Shown: positions 31,632 through 43,213 of the stretch, in pieces
How positions within the stretch are numbered: the first letter of the stretch is position 1
Layout of the letters: each line of letters opens with the position of its first letter
NCBI GenBank assembly: GCA_963701185.1
Contig: OY969569.1
Coordinates: 667,548-731,547 of the forward strand
Reading direction: 5' to 3'
Length of the DNA: 64,000 bases
Source of the DNA: Candidatus Gottesmanbacteria bacterium
GTDB taxonomy: Bacteria; Patescibacteriota; Microgenomatia; UBA10105; UBA927
Translations under genes and position numbers: made by a program
Notes under the pieces: model-generated
Told to the model about the DNA's origin: nothing
What the model saw: the letters and a program-made list of their open reading frames with translations, nothing else
Database searches by the model: none

Positions 31632-32522
31632 TTATGCCTTAGCCGTTACGATCATAATATCAAGAGGAAGTGGAAACTGAAGATACGACAAAGGAGTGAT
31701 ACGGAATACTTTTTCGGCCCATACGCATAACCCCTTCGACCATGGGTGACCAACAACATGCATGACTCCACGGAAAAGAAAATGTATCGGGTACCAGCGC
31801 GTTTCGTCGCCCACAGAGCGGATATGATGAAATCCTGCTTTTTTCAAAAGCAACGTCATTGTCTCACGGGAAAAAAAGTACAGATGCTCCTGATGACGGT
31901 AATTACGCCAATGCTTTCCCAAAAGATGTTGCAGATACCCTCCCTCCCGCGGTGTTGAGAAAAGTATAACCCCGCCGGGTTTTATCACGCGGTGAATCTC
32001 GCGCAGGAACGCCAACGGGTCGGAAACGTGTTCGATAAGATGAAATCCTACCACGCCGTCGAAAGAATGCGACGGAAATTTCGCCCGAAATAGGTCTGTT
32101 GCGCGGGCATTGAGCCCCTGATTCTTCGCATACGCAACAGCCTCCCACGAGATATCGATGCCTATGCAGTCCAGATGTGCGCGTTTCGCCTCCTCAAGAA
32201 AAAATCCATACGATGAGCCGATTTCCAACACTTTCTTGCCGAGGAGAATCGTCCGTAAGAATGTAATTTTCCGCCTGAAATATGACAAAAGCAGTGGTTT
32301 CTCGGCCATATAGTCGTAATACCCCACGGATGACGCCGTTCGTGTTTTATCCGACGCAAAATAATTCTTGTTATACATCAGGGTAAGCTCATGATCCGTG
32401 GGCTGCGGATTAACATAGACAAGTCCGCAGCCGGCACAGCGGACAATCCGATGATGCGGCAGATTAAGATAAACCGTGTACGTGTCGTGTCCGCACAAGG
32501 GGCACACCATGTCGTTTTTCAT
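31632..32522 (-). CDS. Class I SAM-dependent methyltransferase (Methyltransf_23-like)
   Basis: CPLCG..CAGCGL, VLEIGSSYGFFL, HLIEHVSDP, KPGG, HLYFFS. Confidence 0.88.
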   Translation of the reverse strand: MKNDMVCPLCGHDTYTVYLNLPHHRIVRCAGCGLVYVNPQPTDHELTLMYNKNYFASDKTRTASSVGYYDYMAEKPLLLSYFRRKITFLRTILLGKKVLEIGSSYGFFLEEAKRAHLDCIGIDISWEAVAYAKNQGLNARATDLFRAKFPSHSFDGVVGFHLIEHVSDPLAFLREIHRVIKPGGVILFSTPREGGYLQHLLGKHWRNYRHQEHLYFFSRETMTLLLKKAGFHHIRSVGDETRWYPIHFLFRGVMHVVGHPWSKGLCVWAEKVFRITPLSYLQFPLPLDIMIVTAKA

Positions 32523-34135
32523 TCTTTAACCCTGTAGATCACGATACGCGGATTGTTATATACCGGTTGCAAAAATGGGTACACAGAATCAAGCGCACGA
32601 ATATGTGCCACTTCAGCCTCCTGGGGACCGAAGTACACGTACGATATTCCCGCGCCATGAATCCATCGTAGGGCAACATCCGGCTCCATAGTTCCCGCAA
32701 AAAAGGATTCCACGAGAGGTTTTTTCTCTTCATATTTCACGGTATTTGCGTGGCCGTAGTAGACCGTATTGCCGGCATACACCGGAATATAATTCCCGGT
32801 TGTTTGCATAGACAATACAACACTACTGCGGGGTGTTGTCGCTCCCAAAAAGGTCATCCCGGCGACAAAATCTTTCAGCGGGTACATCACATAACTGCCC
32901 GACGGCACGAGCGGAAGCGTTGCTACTATCTTGTGATCGACAAAATCACGTTGCCATAACCATGATGAATACATAATGCCCAAACCGACAACAATGACGA
33001 CGACTGCTATTGTTTTTGCTATAGCTTTTCCTACGTTACTTACGTCATTTAAGATACTTAGAAGATAAGCCGTCAGTATTGCCAATGGGACGTGCGGAAG
33101 CGTTTCCGCAAACCGGAGCGGATGCTGCTGCGGAATAAAATGAAATCCGATAAATATGGTAAAGAATGCAAGAATCCACGCCATTGCACTTTTAAGAGCC
33201 GTTTCTTTTTTGAAAAGTGCTACCACTAACCCGATAAGTCCCAACGGAAGTATCGGGCCGATAGCAAGAATATATTCCCACAGGTTAAAGGCAAGAGGGT
33301 TAAGGACATCAAATTCAACGAGCCGTTTCCAGGGATATATTGTGAGCATGAGGAAAAAATAAAGGACTGCCGGGATACTGATAACTCCGATAACCACCCG
33401 CGGCCAAAAAATCCGGTCAAATAGCCAAAGATACGCGCATGCCACAGCAACAACGGCCAGCCCCGGCGGATAGATGATGTACAAAAGTGACGCAAGACAT
33501 CCCAAAAAAATCCAGTTTCCCGACCGCGCAAGTGTTTTACGGCTTGACACCGCAATAATCAAAAAAATCATGAGAGCCTGACCGATAAGAATATGGGGAA
33601 TAAACGTAATCCGCTGGAGTGAATCCATGACTGAAAACCACGGCATGTACCCGCCCAATCGCCATCCGTCAAACGCCAAAACCAGTTTCGGCCATGTTGA
33701 GGCAGTCACGGCAAGTAAAAATCCGATGATCAGCCACCCTGCGGACGTCAATTTCTCAAGCGTTTCGCGGACAAATCCGCAATAAGCGCAAAAAGTGTCC
33801 CCGCGAAAACGATTCGTGCAACGTGATAAGTGTCACCCGCCGGTGCCACGGAACAGTCAAAAAATCCCCCACCCACCCCATAGCAAGATACACAATTTGA
33901 AACAGGGACCCCTATGCGGTTCTGAGGTATATTTTTCCTGAACCAAAGGAGTGCCCTCTATCCCCTGGCGTATCCGCGAAAGGTAAAAGTTATAGTCCGT
34001 ATAAAAATTGTGCACCAACTCAAATTGACGGTCGGGGTGCAGGTCGTTTTTACGCAGAAGCTCGTACCCCGTCGGCACGAGGGAAAACAGGACAAAAAAC
34101 GTGATCAGTGCTCCCCACACCCATTTTATTTTCAT
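32519..34135 (-). CDS. Polytopic GT-C-like membrane protein (frameshifted around 33750-33900)
   Basis: DYNFYLSRIRQG N-terminal fragment plus multi-TM fragment ending ISYVYFGPQE. Confidence 0.6.
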
Positions 34136-35579
34136 AGTTTTTTCAACAATCTCCCGCCGAATCCTGAAACGGGAGCATAATGCGCTTTGATATAGGCGGA
34201 ATTATCCGCCGTAAACGTGATAAACCTATTGCTGTCTCCCTCATAAATATACTCTATGGGGGGCTCCGTATGATACTGGGACAGCGGTGCGGGTCGACGA
34301 CTCACAAAGGATAAAAATGCGTCAAACGGCAGGCTGGAAACCGGGTACCCGTCCCGCCAAAACACCATCCTGCCTTCAAGGTCCACAACCCGCGCACTCA
34401 GTGGAATTGTCTTTATCATGATCGAAAGCTCCGTCATCTGGGGTCTATTTGTCGCCCATAATTTCGGCGCATTCACGTCTCGGGTTACCACGATCAAAAG
34501 ATACGTACATCCGGCAAGAACCAACACCAATGATGCCCACCCGCCCGCGCGTTCAAGCCAGTCAAAAAAGCTTGCCAATGCTCGAACCCGCGTAATAGGC
34601 GACAAAGACGGCAATCGGGATAAGGTATTGGCTGTGTTTCAAAGGATAAAATTTAACATATGCGATGGCACTCACAAAAAATATCCCGCTGATAAGAAGT
34701 TCAACGAGCGCCTTTTTCTTATCCCCCTCCCGAAATGGCGTGACAATCCGATACGCTCCGAATAGTACTCCCAATATCCAGATTGCGTGGTTTACCAGTA
34801 ACCCTAGCGTTATTCCGTTTCCGCCGTAAAAATCGGCATTCGGGTAAAAAAATAAACTGGGAATCATAGGGTAATTGACCGAGGTTTTATAAACTTCAAA
34901 AAGCGGTGTAAGCGAATACCACACAACGCCGAAGTTGCCGGATATCCCCGCCCCGAGGAAAAAGAAAAACCAGGGAACGATAACGGGCAAGACAAACACA
35001 CGGAGTTTCTTTGAAAACGCGGCAATGATGGTTCCGACCAGGACAAACGGCAGGGTTTTTACTAAAACAAAAAGAGAAAGGCCGTACGCCAACCCCGAGA
35101 CCGCCCACAGCCAGTTTTTTTTCTCCCTAATCGCCCTAATCTCCCCTATTACCCCTACCAGCGCCAGCAGTGTCGCGAGGTTATCCGGCCGGATTTCCAG
35201 AAATTTATCGTATGGCATCGGCAAAAAAGCCAGAATGACGGCCGGCAGAAGCGCCCACTTCCACCCTCTTGTTATTCCCCATAAGTAACTTAAGGCACCT
35301 AAAATACTTAAGAAAATAACAAACGAAAGCATACGCCCCGCCGTAAATACCTGCACGCTCACCCCATATATCCAAAAGATCGGCGCAAATACCCACATGA
35401 ATCCCGGGGTAAAGTACGAGAAAAAATCCGTATACATGTGCTCTCCCCGTGCCACCTGTGCCGTCCAGTGCATGTAGGAAAATTCATCAACGTCAAAAAA
35501 CCGCATACTACTTACCCGCCAACTCCACCACAGGAGGTAGACCAGTAGTCGCTAAAAGAAGTTTTCTTACGACACGCAT
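34132..35579 (-). CDS. ArnT/PMT-like GT-C membrane glycosyltransferase (frameshifted near 34590 and 35510)
   Basis: RFFDVDEFSY acidic loop, YTDFF..FTPG, EIRPD; continues in 34132-34614 ORF. Confidence 0.65.
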
Positions 35580-35597
35580 AGATCCCATTGTAGCAAA

Positions 35598-36072
35598 TCA
35601 CGGAAAGAGTCTGCGAAATATACCAATGACACCTTCACGAAAGGTAAAATAGGATGTTTTTCCGAGCATAAATGTACCCTGATTTTTCATGATCTCTCCC
35701 GAATACAAAAGCCGTGCGATGCGCCGCCAAACAATGTGTGATGTGCTGAAGGTCTTTGCAAATCCGTCACAGTATCCGCCTCCCGAACGTGCAATATCCG
35801 TAAAGATCCGTAATGTCACGGAGGCCTCCATGTTACTAAATGGCCCAAGGACAAAGAGACCAGTAAGAAGTCCATAGAGGCTTGCCCACCAGATATACTC
35901 AGTAATACCCCAGGAGCCCGCGCTGACGCTGCTACACCCGCCCGATACCCACAAAAATCCGAATCATCCAGACAATAGCTGCTTCCTGACGGGTCATGCG
36001 GAATGCGACAGCAAGAGCCGCAAGAAAAAGGAAAAATGACAAAAGTGCAGCCGATAGTATACGTATATCCAT
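35598..36072 (-). CDS. Small membrane protein (frameshifted), similar in layout to the adjacent gene
   Basis: MDIRIL.. TM fragment plus EASVTLRI...RRIARL fragment. Confidence 0.5.
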
Positions 36073-36074
36073 AG

Positions 36075-36542
36075 TTATCGCGTAAGTGTCCGATGAAATA
36101 CCCATCTGTATATTTCCATAATCCTCCAGAGTACTTTTCCCCGCCGGGTAAGCGTGAGCATACCTTCACGACGCGTCACCATGGCGCTTTGGATAAGATC
36201 ATCCAGACGTTCACGTATAAGCCCCTTGTTTGTAAACAGTGCGGCTAACTCATTCAATGTCTGATGTTTTTTTCTTTGAAATGATTGCAAAATAATCGAT
36301 GAAGGAATTTCAGTTCCCAGAGAGATCGCAAGATAAAACAAGATGACGGTAGCGGATAACAGAATATAAAGGAAACCGGACGACCATGGGAGGGCAATAC
36401 TGCCCATCCTGCCAAACCCGTACAACAGCACGGCGCCCGCAAGATACACTCCTATCGATCGTAACCGGATAATTCTGTGTGCGACGATATGCAGGATGAG
36501 TGAAAACGAAAAACACAAAAGAACGATAAAAAATGATGCCAT
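36075..36542 (-). CDS. Membrane protein with C-terminal winged-helix-like segment
   Basis: 3 TM helices then PSSIIL...RERLDDLIQSAMV...LTLTRRGK. Confidence 0.6.
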   Translation of the reverse strand: MASFFIVLLCFSFSLILHIVAHRIIRLRSIGVYLAGAVLLYGFGRMGSIALPWSSGFLYILLSATVILFYLAISLGTEIPSSIILQSFQRKKHQTLNELAALFTNKGLIRERLDDLIQSAMVTRREGMLTLTRRGKVLWRIMEIYRWVFHRTLTR

Positions 36543-36544
36543 AG

Positions 36545-38619
36545 TTATTGCACCTGATATATGATTGTCCCGCCTTTATTGTAGCGCGCCGTCAGGAAGG
36601 GATAATCCAGGGTTTGCTTTCCTGCTGCAAACATCTGTTCCTGCTCGGCATACACAACATACGATATACGTTCCCGCGTAAGAAAAGCCTTCGCATCGCT
36701 CTCTGACATTTCCCCGCTGTAAAATGCCGCGATGGACCGTTCCGTATTTTGTATGGTCGGGGGCTCAACAAGTCGGTACCACCAAGTTACGTAGGGGTGA
36801 TTACCTGAAAAAGCTGCGATGAGGGTGCCGGCGTAATATCCCGATAACACAACATCACTGGGCTTTGTATTGCGCTGAAGCCAAAAAACCCCATCCATGA
36901 CCGTTTTTTTCGGATACGCAAAATCAAAAAATTGCTCAAAACAGAAACACAGATGTTCACCCTTCCATACTGAAACATACGTGCCAATACTGGTGGAAAG
37001 AAGAACAGCTAAAACAGATACACATATCCATTTTTTTGCCCCGCGGGCAATGGTTGTTACACCAACCGCAGCAAGTATTCCGAACGCTACATAATATGGG
37101 GTGAGAAAATATCGGATGGCATTAATGTGCAGGAGCGGCGATAGAATAAACTCCCCGACCGGATGCATCACAAGCCATGTCCCCAACAACATGAGCAGTG
37201 GTTTTCCCTTCCGAATGACTGACGGCATGGCAAAAAATGATACAAGATACAGGATACCGACTGCGACAATATACTCAATCGGTGTGACGTGAAACGGATT
37301 GAGCTGTTCCATTCGTGCGGGTCTCATATCGCTCCACACAGTGGTCGATACGTAGTGTACGTAGAGTATGGGTGCGATGGTCACGGCTGCATAGGAAAAC
37401 AGTATTCCCGCCTTGATCATATCTATCCGCAGCCGCTTTGTCCGAAGATACGCCGATATGCTGTCAAACACCATGTACAACGGAAAACCTGATACGAAAA
37501 GTACGCTATCAGGCGCATACAGAAGGGACGCGGCTATGCCAAAAAGAAGTGAGAACAAAAACCCGCCCATTCTTTGTGGGTTTTCCAGCGTACGTGAAAG
37601 AAAAAGGAGTGAAAGGAGAACTGCTCCCGCGCCCAACACATAATGAGGCATCGCTTGAGTCAGCCGCTGGAATACCTGCGCATCATACATTCCGCTGGTA
37701 ACAATCCTGTTTGGTATACCTGGTAGAGTCATACCCGCCCCAAATATCACGAAGATAAAACTGATGATCCGTTGCCAGCGTTCCCGAAAAACACTGCGGA
37801 TTACCAAATATATGACTGCAAGAACACACAGAGAGATTATAAATCTGCTGATTATGAACATGGGGAGTGGGAAAATGTTGAACGCCCTCCCCAGAATCCC
37901 GATAAGCGTATATTCCATTTTTACTATGGACGGATGACCTCCGAGCGTCGTGCTGTAGTTAACAGAAGGAAGGAGATTCCCATGATACCCCTGCTGGATA
38001 TATGCAAGGTCTCCCAGCATATCAATGGGATACTCCAACTGCCCGAAATAAAATCTATCCGGCGGTGCCGCCTGAAAGTTCTGTACGATGGGAGCATACG
38101 AAAAAAACAGCAGGAGAACGGTAGCAAGGACAATAAATATATGCGTTTTCATTATATGGAGATGATTGCGGGGGTATGGTGTATGTATTGCTTTTGGTGA
38201 TGTACGAGCAAGTTGTTCCGCAGCCTCTTCTCTACGGCCGTTGTGTATATACGTGTCGATAAACTCCTGGCGGATAGTTTCTTTGGAAACGGGTTGGGTA
38301 CGGGTATTCATATACCTCGAAAGGAAAACGGACAGTGACCGGTCTCCTGTCACGGAACGTGGGTGAAAAAAATAAGGTTCACGCTCCACACCAACAGGGC
38401 GCTGATGATGATATCGCGTACGGTCCATATACGAAGACGGCGTTTCAACCACACCAAAAATATAGCCAGAACGCCCGAAGCAAGTGAGAAGAGTGATACC
38501 ACGGTAAAAAAATACGAGATGAGAAAATAAAAGACTATAAAAGGACAAAGAAAGACTGCCGTTGCGATCACGAAAAAACCCGCATGTAATAAAAGGATTC
38601 TTATGACTGTTTTATCCAT
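36545..38619 (-). CDS. Polytopic GT-C-like membrane protein (frameshifted near 38350)
   Basis: MDKTVIR N-terminal fragment plus long multi-TM ORF ending ISYVVYAEQE. Confidence 0.55.
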
Positions 38620-39890
38620 ACAATAACTCCTCTCACTACCTGATAACACAACCAGTACGATACCACGATTAGAAACGGCACGGCAGGCATCATAAGCCGC
38701 CCGTAGTCATTGTACGATAGATACACGGCGTGATAACGTAATACAATCCGACAAAAGAAAAAAGCGCCAGGCTCACGTTGTAGAGAGATTTTTTCTTCCA
38801 CGCGCGGTAGGTAAAGACCGGCAAAGCGGCAAACAAGAGCACATATCCCATCCGCAGATAACGGCTAACATATTTTAAGAAACTAAAAAAAAATGTGAGG
38901 AAAGGCTGTGTTGCTGGAATGTATTCACTATCTCCAAATGTGAGCATGGCAACGGGAATATCCCCTGCCGATCGCAGCACATATGGGCCAATATTGCGTC
39001 CGAGGACGTCCATAACAAATTGGTGCGCGGGTTGGGCAAACTTCGCATCATACATCTGCGGGTTTTCACGATAAACCACCCATGGATCAGTCTGATTACC
39101 GCGGATGTATGGCGCGACGATGTCTTTGATTGCCCCGTCCTTTACCTGTTGAACAGGCAACCTATATTGTAGAATTTTACCCAACAAATTGATGTCGCTG
39201 ATTCTTGAAATCCCGGGATACGAAAAATACCGTACGTTCATCCCGCTATACGTCACAAAAACACCGGTGTAGAGGATCAGGGTCACGACCGCCCACACCA
39301 CAACCGCGCGTTTGCATACGTACCATACAAGAAAACAGATAAACAGAAATGGCAGAAGGATTGTGCTGGGACGCAAAAAAACTCCCGCAATAAACAATGT
39401 GGTAAGTCCTATCCCCTTCCCGATATGCCAATGATGCATCGCGCTGACTTCAAAAATACCGTTGCGACAAGCCACAAAAGGGAAAGCGTTTCCGTAAGCA
39501 AAATACCTTCATACACCAAGATGGACCAATTGCACGCGAAGAGGAATGAAAAAATCCATGCTGGTTTTCTTTTAAAACCAATGGTAAGAAGTAATAAATA
39601 AAATAGCAAAACTGTGACGGCCCCAGCAACTGACTGAACAATCCGGAGAAAGATAAATTCAAGTATAACGTGCCTGTAATAGGTATTAGGGAGCGGTTTC
39701 CCCTCCAGGATAAATGGCAGAGAGAGAAACACAGGGTATCCAGGTGTGAGACAGGGGTCAATGAGCACATGGGTAGTGATATCTTCAGGGCAGTAGAGTA
39801 GTAATTTGCAGTATAGCAGTTGATATATATGTGAGTGATAAGTTATAAAATGAAATAAGGATAAAGAAGGAAAAAAGAAGAAAAGATAAA
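38601..39890 (-). CDS. Membrane glycosyltransferase-like protein, multiply frameshifted
   Basis: Fragments TPGYPVFL, ILLTETL, FLRPS, YGRLMMP across three frames; 5' end unclear. Confidence 0.5.
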
Positions 39891-39899
39891 AGAAAGAAT

Positions 39900-40403
39900 T
39901 CAGATCATTTTATACAACGTGACTTCACCCACGTATCCGCCCCGGTACAAAAACGCCTCGGGAAGCAGGCCGCACTCAATAAATCCGAATTTTTTGTAGA
40001 GCGCAAGGGCGGCCGTGTTATTTTCAAAACAGTGAAGCATAAGAACCCGCAGTCCCATCCGATTTCCCCCGGCAATAAGCTCGGACATGAGCCGCCTGCC
40101 TATCCCCTTCCGGCGGAATTCCTTAAGAACCGATATGCCGATTTCCCCAACGTGATGCCGGCGCAGCTTCCCCCGCCGGATCTCCCCTGATCCCGCGATA
40201 ACGCCGGAGACTTCTGCAACAAGATGTATTTTTTCTTTCTTTTTGATAAACGAAAGCGCCTCCGATACATAGCGGGATTCATGCGCCAATGTCAGCGGTT
40301 TGCCGCTAAGCAGCACAAACGTATCTTCTTCAATAAGTGAATTCGCAAACGCTAAAAGAGCACGCGTATCACCGGATTTTAGCGGCCGGATAGTCAATTC
40401 CAT
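39900..40403 (-). CDS. GNAT family N-acetyltransferase
   Basis: GEIGISVLKEFRRKGIGRRLM, NTAALALYKKFGF. Confidence 0.9.
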   Translation of the reverse strand: MELTIRPLKSGDTRALLAFANSLIEEDTFVLLSGKPLTLAHESRYVSEALSFIKKKEKIHLVAEVSGVIAGSGEIRRGKLRRHHVGEIGISVLKEFRRKGIGRRLMSELIAGGNRMGLRVLMLHCFENNTAALALYKKFGFIECGLLPEAFLYRGGYVGEVTLYKMI

Positions 40404-40428
40404 TACTGCGTAGTATACTACTCCGGAA

Positions 40429-40833
40429 ATGAAAGTTTCATCCCCTAAAAAAATCATCTTCAACAAACACGGGGTACCGGTCATCGGGTATTTAACTGCG
40501 CCGACAGATAGTGAAATCCCCTTCCATATCCGGCGTGTATTCTGGACCTATTTTACTCCGGAGCGGATTACCCGCGGACGGCACGCGCATAAAAAAACGT
40601 CGATTATTATTATCGCCCTCACCGGAAAAATTACCGTCAATACGGAGATGCCCGACGGCACGAAAAAAACATTTATCCTGGATAAACCCAATGTCGGGCT
40701 TCTTATTCCTCCCATGGTGTGGCACATCCAGCGCTACTCCCATACGGCTATCCAGCTGGCACTGGCCTCCCACCCCTATAACGAAAAAGAATATATCAGG
40801 GATTATAAAACGTTTAAACAATGGAATCATTGA
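40429..40833 (+). CDS. fdtA: dTDP-6-deoxy-3,4-keto-hexulose isomerase (FdtA/QdtA/WxcM cupin)
   Basis: IPFHIRRVFW, RGRHAHK, GLLIPPMVWH, YIRDY. Confidence 0.85.
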   Translation: MKVSSPKKIIFNKHGVPVIGYLTAPTDSEIPFHIRRVFWTYFTPERITRGRHAHKKTSIIIIALTGKITVNTEMPDGTKKTFILDKPNVGLLIPPMVWHIQRYSHTAIQLALASHPYNEKEYIRDYKTFKQWNH

Positions 40834-41507
40834 CGTTTATCATTCCCGCATACAATGACGAGGAGACGATTGAAACGGTCGTCAAAAAAACCGTTGATGT
40901 CGGTAAAAAACTTCAAATTCCTTTTGATATTCTGATTATTAATGATGCGAGTTTCGATTCCACTGGTGTAATACTGAAAAAATTATCTAAAAAATATGCC
41001 AACCTGCATATCATCACCCACGCCAAAAATGCAGGCTACGGCCGGACGATCAAGGAATTGTACCGGAAAGCTGCATCCGCGTGGCTCTTTTCCATACCGG
41101 GAGATTATCAGATAGAACCAGGTGAAGTTCTGAAGCTTTGGTCTCACCGGGGAGAAGCGGATATGATCATCGGATGGCGCAGGGCCCGCCACGATTCCAC
41201 GGTGCGGCTGTTCCAATCAGATATCTATAACCAACTTCTGCATCTGTTATTCGGAGTTTCCGTCCATGATGCAAACTCCGTCCGGCTTATGAAAACATCC
41301 GTCATGAAGTCTGTCCGTCTTACGACTTCGTCGGCATTCGTGGATGCGGAGCTTGTCATCCGGTCAACGCGTGCCGGATTCCGGGTTATGGAAATTCCCA
41401 TTGCGCACCGTGCGCGCCCCGGCGGTAGCGGCGAGGGCGGCGGCGGCAGTCTAACGACAATTTTGCCGACCATCCGTGATATGATCATCTGCTTATTAAA
41501 ACCATGA
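40821..41507 (+). CDS. GT2 polyprenol-phosphate glycosyltransferase (DPM1-like)
   Basis: IIPAYNDE, INDASFDST, HAKNAGYG, PGDYQ, IGWR. Confidence 0.88.
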   Translation: MESLTFIIPAYNDEETIETVVKKTVDVGKKLQIPFDILIINDASFDSTGVILKKLSKKYANLHIITHAKNAGYGRTIKELYRKAASAWLFSIPGDYQIEPGEVLKLWSHRGEADMIIGWRRARHDSTVRLFQSDIYNQLLHLLFGVSVHDANSVRLMKTSVMKSVRLTTSSAFVDAELVIRSTRAGFRVMEIPIAHRARPGGSGEGGGGSLTTILPTIRDMIICLLKP

Positions 41508-42578
41508 TTCCTATTTTCGATCTCACCCGTGAATATAAAACTATAAAAGCGGAGCTGACTGCTGCATTTACCCATACGGCAAAAAACGGCGTGTTTATTC
41601 TCGGGCAAAACGTTGCGTGCTTTGAAAAAGAATTCGCCGATTATGTCGGCGTAAAATACGCGGTCGGCCTCGCCAGCGGAACGGATGCGCTGACCCTGGG
41701 ACTCAAAGCGTTCGGCGTTGGTACGGGCGACGAGGTCATTCTTCCTGCCAACTCATACCCCAGCGCATTTGGCGTAGCGCAAAGCGGCGCGCGCATACGC
41801 CTCACGGATGTCAAAGAAGATGGTACGATGGATCCGCACTGTCTTGCAGCGTCTATCACCCGCCGGACCCGTGCCGTTATCCCCGTCCATCTGTACGGCA
41901 ATCCCGCGGATATAGGATCCATACAAAAAATAATAGGCAGGAAAAAAATTGTTGTGGTTGAAGATGCAGCGCAGGCTCACGGGACTCCATCGGCGGGATC
42001 TCAGGGAGACATCGGCTGCCTTTAGCTTTTATCCGACGAAAAACCTCGGTGCACTCGGCGATGGCGGCATGGTTGTGACAAACAGAAAAAATATTGCCGA
42101 CCGGCTTAAACGCCTGCGCATGTACGGGGAAACAAAACGGTACGAGAGTGTTGAGGTCTCCGGCGTGAGCCGGCTGGACGAACTGCAGGCGGCGTTCCTG
42201 CGGGTGAAACTGCGCCATTTGAATGCCTGGGTTACCCGGCGACGGGAAATTGCCAAACAATATATCCGGGGTTTATCCGGCGTTGGCGACATTCAATTTT
42301 TAGCAGCAGAAGGGTCTTCCTTCCATCTTTTTGTTATCCGGACAAAATATCGCGATAAACTACAACACTACCTGACCAAAAACAACATCGGCTCGGCAGT
42401 CCACTACCCCATTCCGCTTCATTTGGTCCGTGCATTTAGGACCTTGGGCTATACGAAAGGTGACTTTCCCGTATCCGAGGCACTCTCAGAGGAAGTTCTC
42501 TCGATCCCTCTGTTTCCGCTCCTTACTGATAGGGAAATTTTTCGGGTTATCCGCATCATCAGGAAATATTTCCAATAA
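41504..42578 (+). CDS. DegT/DnrJ/EryC1/StrS sugar aminotransferase (FdtB-like), +1 frameshift near 42020
   Basis: SGTDAL, PVHLYG, EDAAQAHG | FSFYPTKNLGALGDGG, SRLDELQAA. Confidence 0.88.
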
Positions 42579-42619
42579 CAGGGAAGTTTTTATGATAATA
42601 TGTTTGTGTGGAAAACGAT

Positions 42620-43213
42620 ATGTCTCCGTATAAAAAAGTCATTGCGATAGCGGTCGCGATTACCGTTATCGGTATCATTCTTGTCCTGGTCCATTATCAG
42701 CAAATTTCAGGCAGGACCGGCTCCATCGTCATTCCCGCCGGCAATACCTACCTCGGCCCCACACCGACACAATCCCCGACGAGTGACACATGGCAGACGG
42801 TCAAAGGAAACATCTATCCCTACGCGATGAGTGTTCCTGCATCGCTTACGCTTACCACGTTCCCTAATGACCCGTACGATATGTACGCGATTGCCGGCCG
42901 CGACCCTGAATCAAATGTCCTCATCGGTATTGACACGAAAGCCAATCCGTCAGAGACCAAATCAGCGTATATCCAAAGCTGGCGGAAACAGTTCAGTGTA
43001 CTGACCGGCGTCAAAAGCATTGATCCGTTTACCAACAGCAAGGGGCTCAAGGGATACAAAGTAAAATTTCTCAACGCCGGCGGCGAAAGCCCGAATTCCG
43101 ATATCTTTTTTGAAGTGCCGGACAAACCTCAATACGTCATTCATCTGAGTAACGGACCGCTTGACGGAACCGTATTTGACACCATCGTTGACAGCGTCGG
43201 ATGGAACCAATAA
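42620..43213 (+). CDS. Membrane-anchored hypothetical protein (PsbP-like layout)
   Basis: N-terminal TM, PTPT linker, soluble alpha/beta domain ending FDTIVDSV. Confidence 0.65.
   Translation: MSPYKKVIAIAVAITVIGIILVLVHYQQISGRTGSIVIPAGNTYLGPTPTQSPTSDTWQTVKGNIYPYAMSVPASLTLTTFPNDPYDMYAIAGRDPESNVLIGIDTKANPSETKSAYIQSWRKQFSVLTGVKSIDPFTNSKGLKGYKVKFLNAGGESPNSDIFFEVPDKPQYVIHLSNGPLDGTVFDTIVDSVGWNQ

Noticed and set aside
39775-39900. Purine-rich low-complexity tract as a regulatory element
   Set aside because: Reads on the minus strand as a degraded Phe/Leu/Ile-rich TM start of the frameshifted membrane gene; probably poor-quality sequence
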